Shown here in pieces: positions 1 to 6,840 of a DNA stretch of 32,000 nt; the first letter of the stretch is position 1, and every line of letters begins with the position of its first letter. Under the pieces are notes generated by a model. That model searched no databases, was not told the origin of the DNA, and saw only the letters and a program-made list of their open reading frames with translations. Source of the stretch: Moraxella nasicaprae (GTDB taxonomy: Bacteria > Pseudomonadota > Gammaproteobacteria > Pseudomonadales > Moraxellaceae); contig NZ_CP089977.1 in assembly GCF_025643275.1 (NCBI RefSeq), positions 480,001-512,000 on the forward strand. The letters are read 5' to 3'. The position numbers and the translations under genes are program-made.

Positions 1-61
1 TGGTTAGAGCACCACCTTGACATGGTGGGGGTCGATGGTTCGAGTCCGTTTACGCCTACCA
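1..61 (+). tRNA. tRNA-Val (anticodon GAC), 3' portion only; the 5' end lies left of the window
   Basis: Anticodon stem CCACC/GGTGG encloses the loop TTGACAT (anticodon GAC). T-arm contains GGTTCGAGTCC. Acceptor 3' strand ends in TACGCCTACCA at position 61. Confidence 0.85.
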
Positions 62-71
62 TCTTTGAACT

Positions 72-103
72 CCTTAAAATCAATAATTTTAAGGGGTTTT
101 TTC
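72..103 (+). terminator. Rho-independent terminator after tRNA-Val
   Basis: 9-bp stem CCTTAAAAT (72-80) / ATTTTAAGG (86-94) with a 5-nt loop, followed by GGTTTTTT. Confidence 0.7.
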
Positions 104-109
104 TTTATC

Positions 110-274
110 TCAAAGAAAGTTCTTACAAAATAAATACCGTTCATGTTTATGCAAACCACAACCACCGACAATACACAGCAAGATTATTAAAAAAATAACA
201 AAGCCAAAACCCATCACATCAGCACCACACCAAATAGCCACACCATCAAGACCACCAAATTTAGCCCAAATCAT
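110..274 (-). CDS. Hypothetical 54-aa hydrophobic peptide, below the ORF-track size cutoff
   Basis: Hand translation gives MIWAKFGGLDGVAIWCGADVMGFGFVIFLIILLCIVGGCGLHKHERYLFCKNFL. It has one predicted TM segment. No clear RBS and no family recognised. Confidence 0.2.
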   Translation of the reverse strand: MIWAKFGGLDGVAIWCGADVMGFGFVIFLIILLCIVGGCGLHKHERYLFCKNFL

Positions 275-296
275 CTAGGTATCATCAATAAAAATC

Positions 297-673
297 TGTG
301 GAACATTGTTTTATTAAAATGATTTATATATGTTAATTTTACTAAAACAATCGCACACTTTTTTCTCTTTTCAATCCTTACGGCATTGGCAAAACCTTGT
401 AATAACTTTATTTGGCTGCTTTTCCACAAAAACTGTGGATAACTTTGTGGAAAAGTAATGATTTTTTGTTGGCAAACCCCTAATTTCAAGGCTTGACACA
501 GAATTGTACAAAATTTGTACAATTTGTTAATAAAATAAAAATTATTGAATATCAATAACTTATAATATATTTTTCAATGATGATTGACTTTTTTAAACCA
601 AAGATATTTTACTTAGTCGCATGTCTTTAACACCATGTTTCACGGAGAAAAACTATTTTAAAGCTGTGGATAA
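297..673. promoter_or_regulatory. DnaA-box cluster with an AT-rich tract (candidate origin, DARS-like or datA-like element)
   Basis: Boxes: TGTGGAACA 297-305, TTTTCCACA 420-428, TGTGGATAA 434-442 (perfect), TGTGGAAAA 446-454, TGTGGATAA 665-673 (perfect). TTGTACAA occurs twice (504-511, 515-522). Positions ~523-600 are almost pure A/T. Confidence 0.45.
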
Positions 674-1154
674 TTTTTCAATCAATCTTAGATTATCTTT
701 ATGAACTTGGTAGATTTACCAATTCATCAATGTCAATCTTTTGATGACAATCCACTTCTTGACCTGTCCATCAGAACATCAATTATGGGTGATTTATTTG
801 GTGGTGCATGCCCTAAATGGCTTACTCACCGCATTCATTATTGGGCAATCTGGTGGCTGTTCTGCTGTATCGTATTGAATAAAAGCACGCATATAATCAT
901 TGAGCAAAGCCAACCTGCCAGAAAATAGCCGTGTCAATGGAATATCTATCTGCATGGCACAATAAAGCTGTGCGTTATGCTTACATCAAACAAAGCAATG
1001 CTAAAAATCTGGCAAGTTTATTACATTTTTTCAACCATTTTGGCGTGCTTAGTAATACAAATGAAAACCATTGTCATTATAATCAAAAACACGCATCAAT
1101 GCGTACCGCTTTATTCATATATTCATCTTTGATAATACAGTAAGGAGATTTTTG

Positions 1155-1623
1155 ATGAAAAAATTATTCGCTCTAACCGCAGTCGCAGTCGTCGCCATCA
1201 CAGGTTGTGCCAATCAAAACACCAGACACCCAGATGCACCCACATCATCATGATGGCAAAATGCACGCCCATCACCATCATGGACACCATCACAAACATC
1301 ATGACAAACATGGCAAGCCACATCGCCCGCAGCACTATGCTTGTGATGCCAATGCAACCGTGCAAGCCAATTACAATCCAGACGCTGACAATGTTCAGCT
1401 TAGCGTTACCGCCCCTAGTTGGAATCTGACCAATCAAGCATTGACGCTTAACGCTGCACCAACAGCATCTGGCATGCGTTTTGTCAATGGCAATGATACA
1501 AATAGTTTTGAATGGCATGTCAAAGACCCTATCGGCATGCTGACCGTCAAGACAGGTGGACAAGAACACACGCTAAACTGCGAACTGACCGCACCAGTCA
1601 AACCAACCCAAGCAAAATCCTAA
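1155..1623 (+). pseudogene. His-rich MliC/PliC-like lipoprotein, interrupted by a frameshift between the signal peptide and the mature part
   Basis: AAGGAG RBS precedes ATG 1155. The signal peptide MKKLFALTAVAVVAITGC (lipobox ITGC) runs into TGA at 1251. The mature part is open in the +1 frame (1177-1623). It has 17 His in 33 aa (1237-1335), then YACD...ASGMRF...EWHVKD...LNC typical of the MliC fold. Removing one A from the AAAA run at 1216-1219 joins the frames. Confidence 0.6.
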
Positions 1624-1815
1624 GAGTGATTGAACACCAATATGCAGGCATACACCAATGTCTGCATTTTTTATACGCAAAATCATGGAAAGATTGAATG
1701 AATATTAGGCAAAAGATACCAAATCTAAACGATTTTTTGGACATTTATTATGACAAATGGCAACCTTTGGCATTATAATACCCTTTATCTTTTTTATCAT
1801 ATCAGTGGTATTATT

Positions 1816-2286
1816 ATGAAAACGATTGCTAAACTTGGCATATTGACCACCCTACTTGGTCTAAGTGCCTGCTCGACTGTCAATTTACCAGAATTGCCAA
1901 GTCTATCAAAAAAATCCACCCAAAGCTCTCTGCCAGCCATCACAGTCAAATCAGGTACACAGTCATACAGCCGTTTTGATGCTCAAACAGGTAGTGTTGC
2001 CATTGATTATGTGTGTAACGAAGGAGCGGACATCACTGCTAAGCACCAAAGTAGCGGTCAGCTGACCTTGTTGGCAAGCATTCCTAGCTGGAACATTCCA
2101 AAGCAAGAGATTGCTTTTGAGCCAGATACCACCAAATCAAACGCCAAAAATGGCAATCGCTACACCAACAAAACCAATCCAAAAAGCCTGTATGTCTGGC
2201 AAACCAAAGGCACAGATGGTGTACTAAGTGTGGTGATTGATCGTCAAACTTATCAAATTCAATGCAAGGCATTGGCGACCAAATAA
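1816..2286 (+). CDS. MliC/PliC-like lipoprotein (putative lysozyme-inhibitor fold)
   Basis: Signal peptide MKTIAKLGILTTLLGLSAC with lipobox LSAC. Contains YVCNEG...NGNRYTN...YVWQTKGTDGVL...IQC. Shares the SWN(L/I) motif with the upstream paralog. Confidence 0.6.
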   Translation: MKTIAKLGILTTLLGLSACSTVNLPELPSLSKKSTQSSLPAITVKSGTQSYSRFDAQTGSVAIDYVCNEGADITAKHQSSGQLTLLASIPSWNIPKQEIAFEPDTTKSNAKNGNRYTNKTNPKSLYVWQTKGTDGVLSVVIDRQTYQIQCKALATK

Positions 2287-2300
2287 CACAAGGTCCATTT

Positions 2301-2756
2301 ATGAAAAAAATCATTCTACTTGGGCTAACCGCACCATTGTTACTGTCTGCTTGTGCCACTACTCAAAGTGCCAACAAGCCTGCATTGGATTGTAACCACC
2401 TAGACTGGCAAGCCATTGGGGTGCAAGACGGTCAGGCTGGTCGTTATCCCTACGAAATCAGCCGCCATCAAAAAAGCTGTCCTGCCATCAAAATCGACAG
2501 CCAAGTCCGTGCTGACTGGGAGGCTGGTCGTACACAAGGTCTAAAACATTACTGCACCAAAGCCAATGCCTACGCCTTGGGTCAATACGGTCATCAATTA
2601 AACCAAGTTTGTCCAGAAGAAGGTTTGCTTGAAATCCAGCAATCACACGCATTGGGCTACCAGCAGTATTATCAACGCAATCAACTTAATGACTGGTTCC
2701 ATCGTCCATTTTATTTATTTCCTTGGGAAGTGGATCGTCGTTATTACTATTGGTAA
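2301..2756 (+). CDS. Lipoprotein, DUF2799-like
   Basis: AAGG RBS precedes ATG 2301. Signal peptide MKKIILLGLTAPLLLSAC carries a lipobox. The Cys-containing DWQAIGVQDGQAGR and ADWEAGR repeats recall DUF2799 lipoproteins. Confidence 0.5.
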   Translation: MKKIILLGLTAPLLLSACATTQSANKPALDCNHLDWQAIGVQDGQAGRYPYEISRHQKSCPAIKIDSQVRADWEAGRTQGLKHYCTKANAYALGQYGHQLNQVCPEEGLLEIQQSHALGYQQYYQRNQLNDWFHRPFYLFPWEVDRRYYYW

Positions 2757-2838
2757 TCGTCAATCTATTGGCAAGTGTTATCTTATGTAAATAAGATTTG
2801 CTATTTTGTATAAAAGTTTCTCGCTAACACAAATAAAG

Positions 2839-2847
2839 TGTTATAAT
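2839..2847 (+). promoter_or_regulatory. Extended -10 element (TGTTATAAT) upstream of the 2894 gene
   Basis: TGnTATAAT match lies 47 nt upstream of ATG 2894. Confidence 0.3.
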
Positions 2848-2893
2848 GGCGGAGTAATTTACCGCAATCCATTATTATTTTTAGGATTTATTT

Positions 2894-3283
2894 ATGAAAA
2901 CTTCTCTAAAAGCCCTATTGGCAACTGCCGCTTTGGTTTCTTCTGTATCAGCCATGGCAGATGATAAAGCTGGTGCAATCAATGCTCCACATGTTGTACA
3001 CCCAGAAGCCACCTACACCTGCGAAAGCGGTCAAACTGTGACCACTCAGCGTGCTCCACACCAAGACCTACGCATCACTGTTGATGGTCAAACTGAAATC
3101 TTGGAGCGTAACAAGCGTTCTTCATGGCATCTATGGAGCCATGTGCGTGGCAACAACTATCTGCGTGCTCATTACAGCAACGCTAATGGCTTTGCTTGGA
3201 GCGACAATGGCGAAACTGGTACTTTGCACTTCCCACAAGAAGGCAAAACCCTTAAAACTCGTTGCCAAATCGCTCAATCTTAA
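2894..3283 (+). CDS. Secreted small protein, possibly MliC-like
   Basis: Sec signal peptide MKTSLKALLATAALVSSVSAMA. Mature part is bracketed by two Cys (TYTCESG...KTRCQ). The FAWSDNGETGTL segment resembles the MliC W-x-x-KG-x-x-A-x-L region. Confidence 0.55.
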   Translation: MKTSLKALLATAALVSSVSAMADDKAGAINAPHVVHPEATYTCESGQTVTTQRAPHQDLRITVDGQTEILERNKRSSWHLWSHVRGNNYLRAHYSNANGFAWSDNGETGTLHFPQEGKTLKTRCQIAQS

Positions 3284-3294
3284 TCAAAAGATGA

Positions 3295-3326
3295 GAAAAA
3301 AGCTCGCCGTTGGTGGGCTTTTTTTG
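3295..3326 (+). terminator. Rho-independent terminator
   Basis: AAGCTCGCC / GGTGGGCTT stem (two G-U pairs) with a 3-nt loop, followed by a T7 run. Confidence 0.55.
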
Positions 3327-3331
3327 GCAAT

Positions 3332-3360
3332 AAAAAACACCCAACCACTGGGTATTTTTT
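3332..3360. terminator. Bidirectional terminator shared with dedA
   Basis: A6 run, ACCCA / TGGGT stem, then a T6 run. Lies between convergent genes. Confidence 0.45.
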
Positions 3361-3375
3361 ATATCAATCATCGAC

Positions 3376-4023
3376 TTAATGTGATGATTTTTTTAGCTTT
3401 TCTTTAATAAAGGCAATCACAACTGGCAAAATACTGATGATAATGATACCAAAAATCACATAGGTAAAATTATCCTTAATCACAGGCTGATTACCAAAAA
3501 AATAACCAAGCAAAATAAAAGAGGTAATCCACAAAAACCCACCAATGACATTATAGGCAAGGAATTTTCCATAATTCATCGTCCCAGCCCCTGCCACAAA
3601 AGGAGCAAAGGTACGAGCAAAAGGTAAAAATCTGGCAAAAATCACCGTCTTGCCACCGTGTTTGTCAAAAAAGGCTTGGGTTTTTTGCAGATGATTTTGG
3701 TTAATCCACTTAGAATTACTGGCAAATACTTTTGCCCCTGTCGCCTTACCAATATGATAATTTAGGGTATCGCCAGCCACCGCCGCCACAAATAATAACG
3801 CAATCAGCAACGCAGGATTTAACGCCCCTGTTACCGCTGCCAACGCACCTGTGGCAAACAGCAAACTATCGCCTGGCAAGAACGGCATTACCACCAGACC
3901 TGTTTCCACAAAAATAATCAAAAACAAAATGCCATAAATCCACAAACCATAAGCGGTCAAAAACTCTGCCAAATGCTTATCGATGTGTAAGATAAAGTCA
4001 AATAAAGATAAAATAATGTCCAT
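3376..4023 (-). CDS. dedA: DedA-family inner membrane protein
   Basis: The N-terminus ...FLIIFVETGLVVMPFLPGDSLLFATGALAA is the DedA/SNARE-associated signature. Multiple TM segments. Confidence 0.88.
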   Translation of the reverse strand: MDIILSLFDFILHIDKHLAEFLTAYGLWIYGILFLIIFVETGLVVMPFLPGDSLLFATGALAAVTGALNPALLIALLFVAAVAGDTLNYHIGKATGAKVFASNSKWINQNHLQKTQAFFDKHGGKTVIFARFLPFARTFAPFVAGAGTMNYGKFLAYNVIGGFLWITSFILLGYFFGNQPVIKDNFTYVIFGIIIISILPVVIAFIKEKLKKSSH

Positions 4024-4268
4024 AGCAGCTCAGCAATAATCTTGGATAATCGTCATATCCTAGCAGAAATTTACCGATTTGTAAGTTGGTTTTTTATTAC
4101 ACAATGTTTTGGGAAATTGATTTTAATGGGGATTTGTTTTTATTCATGGCGTTCAATGAGCATTCTAATTGAATAAAAATCAATGATTTTTTATTATGAT
4201 GAAAATTTTTCACATTTATACCCAAAACAATGTTAAAATATATCATCAATCCAATCTGGGGAATAATA

Positions 4269-5165
4269 ATGCTTGAAATTCGCCATTTGCACATGCTGAG
4301 CATTCTAAAACGGCACGGCTCGCTTGCCACGACTGCCGAAGAGATGAATCTGACCGCCTCTGCTGTTTCTCATCAGCTCAAAGAGCTTGAAAATTATTAT
4401 GACATCAGTTTGGTTAATCGTCGTACTCGCCCCATCAGTTTTACACCAGCAGGTTTGCTTGTTTTACAGCTTGCCGACAGTATCTTACCCCAAGTGGCTC
4501 GCACCAAATCCGACATCAAACGGCTGGCACACGGGCAATCAGGGCGATTGCGTCTGGCAAGCGAATGCCATAGTTGTTTTGATTGGTTGATGCCAATCTT
4601 GAATGAATACCGTAAAAATTATGGTGATGTTGAGTTAGATTTTGCCACAGGTTTTGAGCCAGAGCCACACCAGATGCTCATTGATGGCGAGATTGATTTG
4701 CTCATCACTGCAAGCAACCTGCCCTTTGACAACATTCATTATCAGCCGCTATTCACCTACGAAAGCAGACTGGTACTCTCGCCTGCCCATCGTCTGGCCA
4801 GTCAAGATTTCATCAATGCCGAAGACTTGGCGGAACAGACGCTCATTGCTTATCCTGTCGAAGAACAACGGCTTGACATCATTGATAAATTCCTTGCTCC
4901 CAAAGGTATTTCTCCTGCCAAGATTCGCACCACAGAACTTACTGCAATGCTCATTCAGCTTGTCGCCAGCGAACGAGGCGTGGCAGCTCTGCCTGATTGG
5001 GTCAGTCAAGAATACGAACGCAAAGGCTGGGTAGTCTCTCGACCTTTGGGCGATGGCGTGCATTGTCAGTTGTACGCTGCCGTTCGTACGCCCAGTCGCA
5101 AACTGGACTATATGAAAGGGTTTTTGGCACTGCTCAAAAACATCAAAAAGCCCCATCGCCAATAA
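4269..5165 (+). CDS. metR: LysR-family transcriptional activator MetR
   Basis: MLEIRHL...SAVSHQLKELE HTH region. The ECHSCFDWLMPIL block and overall colinearity match E. coli MetR (ECHSCIQWLTPAL). Start set at the internal ATG 4269, which follows GGGGA. Confidence 0.8.
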   Translation: MLEIRHLHMLSILKRHGSLATTAEEMNLTASAVSHQLKELENYYDISLVNRRTRPISFTPAGLLVLQLADSILPQVARTKSDIKRLAHGQSGRLRLASECHSCFDWLMPILNEYRKNYGDVELDFATGFEPEPHQMLIDGEIDLLITASNLPFDNIHYQPLFTYESRLVLSPAHRLASQDFINAEDLAEQTLIAYPVEEQRLDIIDKFLAPKGISPAKIRTTELTAMLIQLVASERGVAALPDWVSQEYERKGWVVSRPLGDGVHCQLYAAVRTPSRKLDYMKGFLALLKNIKKPHRQ

Positions 5166-5226
5166 ATACTCATCAACGGCATATCAATCCATCGGTCAAT
5201 GTTATTAAGGCAGATGGATTGATGAT

Positions 5227-5661
5227 TTATTTGGTAGGTGGTAAGCGAACAAAAGTATAGGGGCGATTTGCCAGCATTGCCGTCAGTGTCCAAGCTCCTT
5301 CTTGATACTGCATTGATAAGCCTGATTTGAGCAAGGCTACCACCAAACTATCTGCTTGCATCAGATTTGGCTGGCACGCCATTCTGGTGGAGTAAACATC
5401 ATGCACTACCAGTCGCCCACCCTCAGCATGATAGTCTGCCCACACATGATTACAGCCGTTAATCAAAGCTATTGACCGCCCCACAGATAATCTTAAAGGC
5501 ATGCCATCACGCCCTGTCAGACTGGGTGTTTGAATTTGCCACCCTCCCAACCAATCGGAAGCTGTCATCATGACTGGTGGATTGATTGACGCTTGTGGTG
5601 ATGTGATGGTGCAACCTGTCAGCAATACGCCCATCATCAATATATAACACGCTGATTTCAT
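5227..5661 (-). CDS. META-domain (HslJ-like) lipoprotein
   Basis: Lipobox LLTGC. NGCNHVWADY...STRMAC META motif. Its start overlaps the upstream gene's stop (ATGA). Confidence 0.75.
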   Translation of the reverse strand: MKSACYILMMGVLLTGCTITSPQASINPPVMMTASDWLGGWQIQTPSLTGRDGMPLRLSVGRSIALINGCNHVWADYHAEGGRLVVHDVYSTRMACQPNLMQADSLVVALLKSGLSMQYQEGAWTLTAMLANRPYTFVRLPPTK

Positions 5662-6521
5662 GATGATTTTTTACCATCTATTTCCCAAGGCATTTGATTA
5701 CCCCAACCCTCGAAGCTAGTTTTTGCCATCAACCGAACGATTGCATGGCAGATTTCCTCTGCCTGCTCTGGGGTGGCGGATACTGGCGACTTTTGATATT
5801 CCTCAAAGATGCCTGACATTTGTTTTTTGGCATCAAACAAATAATTGACACTAAATGTTCGAGTGCATACACCCTTTTTTTGCAAATCATTTAAAAATCG
5901 ATATACATTTTTATCATTATGAAATCCAGTATGCCACGCAACTGCCAAAATCTTAGCCAGTGTCGTAGGGAAAAAATAGCAATTGGTGTCAATATGGTGC
6001 TTTGTTGATAGTTCATACTCATCTTTAAACACCTGACCATTAAGCTCAAATGACACATCCAGCGTTTCTGTTTGCCAGCCTGATGAATACTCCCCCAGAC
6101 TTTCATAAGTGTCTGGGCAAAGAAAATTGAGATTGACATCATAAAGATTTCGCATGGCATAAGCATAATCCGCCCCGCTTGCCAGCAACGCCTGTACGCC
6201 CTGCTCCACATGGCTAGGTTCATACCAATTGTCATCGTCCAAATAACAAACGATGTCTTCTTTGACCAAAAACGGTGCAATGGCATTGATACTGCTATTT
6301 GACCAGCCGCTTGCCCCTGTATTCATTGGCAGATAAGTCGCCACCACCTCAGGGTATTTATCCAAAATCGATTTTGCCGCCACCCAAAACTGCTCGCCAT
6401 CGACAAACACATAATGCTTGGCCTGATAGTGTTGATTTTTGACACTCAAAATTGCTCGTTCCAAATCATGGCGACCAATCGTTGAGGTAATGACAGCAAC
6501 GGTCGGGGTTTGACTTATCAT
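5658..6521 (-). CDS. Family 2 glycosyltransferase
   Basis: VAVITSTIGRHDLERAILSVKNQ N-terminal Rossmann-like segment and YLDDDNWY DxD motif. Start taken at ATG 6521, preceded by AAGGA. Confidence 0.7.
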   Translation of the reverse strand: MISQTPTVAVITSTIGRHDLERAILSVKNQHYQAKHYVFVDGEQFWVAAKSILDKYPEVVATYLPMNTGASGWSNSSINAIAPFLVKEDIVCYLDDDNWYEPSHVEQGVQALLASGADYAYAMRNLYDVNLNFLCPDTYESLGEYSSGWQTETLDVSFELNGQVFKDEYELSTKHHIDTNCYFFPTTLAKILAVAWHTGFHNDKNVYRFLNDLQKKGVCTRTFSVNYLFDAKKQMSGIFEEYQKSPVSATPEQAEEICHAIVRLMAKTSFEGWGNQMPWEIDGKKSS

Positions 6522-6780
6522 AAATAATTCCTTTGACAATTCATCTGCCAACCAAACAAATAAATGCCCTTCACTAAAAACCCAAAAAACAAACAAACCA
6601 AAATCAATGATTACTCATCATCTAAACTTTGGTATCGTGCTTTCATTGTAAAATAAACCACCGTCATTGTCTAGCAAATTCCTTAATATAAAAAAGTATT
6701 ATTATAAAATTTATAAATATAATCTTATCAATCAAATTGATGAAATGCAGACCAAAAAATCAAGTATAATAACACCCTTT

Positions 6781-6814
6781 TTGGTCAATGATGACTTTTG
6801 TTATCATTGACCAA
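6781..6814. promoter_or_regulatory. Perfect 12-bp inverted repeat upstream of the K+ efflux gene
   Basis: TTGGTCAATGAT (6781-6792) and ATCATTGACCAA (6803-6814) with a 10-nt spacer. Lies 27 nt before ATG 6841. No T-run on either side, so it is not a terminator. Confidence 0.35.
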
Positions 6815-6840
6815 CCAATTGATATATCTAGGAAAACACA

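Noticed and set aside
271-555. 94-aa minus-strand ORF from the track
   Set aside because: It starts at a non-ATG codon in a very AT-rich region. The sequence is F/N/K/I-rich and low-complexity (MIFNNFYFINKLYKF...), with no RBS. It spans the DnaA-box palindrome, so it is more plausibly non-coding.
636-651. parS-like sequence TGTTTCACGGAGAAAA
   Set aside because: Only the left half matches the TGTTTCACGTGAAACA consensus (12 of 16 positions), and the palindromic right arm is missing. I found no full parS in the window by eye, and a proper pattern scan is needed.
701-1143. Track ORFs 701-928 and 931-1143, and protein-like fragments on the opposite strand (for example LLNDYMRAFIQYDTAEQPPDCPIMNAVSKPF)
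   Set aside because: There is no RBS and no recognisable family, and the peptides are odd (W/C/H-rich). The minus-strand fragments are broken by stops in every frame. This may be debris of an old gene next to the tRNA, but I cannot assign it.
1-1150. A genomic island integrated at tRNA-Val
   Set aside because: There is no integrase, and I could not find a direct repeat of the tRNA 3' end elsewhere in the window. Downstream genes look like ordinary chromosomal content. At most it is an eroded remnant.
1198-1569. Antisense and alternative-frame ORFs over the His-rich gene (1198-1569 minus, 1205-1429 plus)
   Set aside because: They are artefacts of the CAT/CAC repeat read in other frames, which gives M/V/H-rich nonsense. 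The MliC-like frame has the signal peptide, the domain pattern and a terminator.
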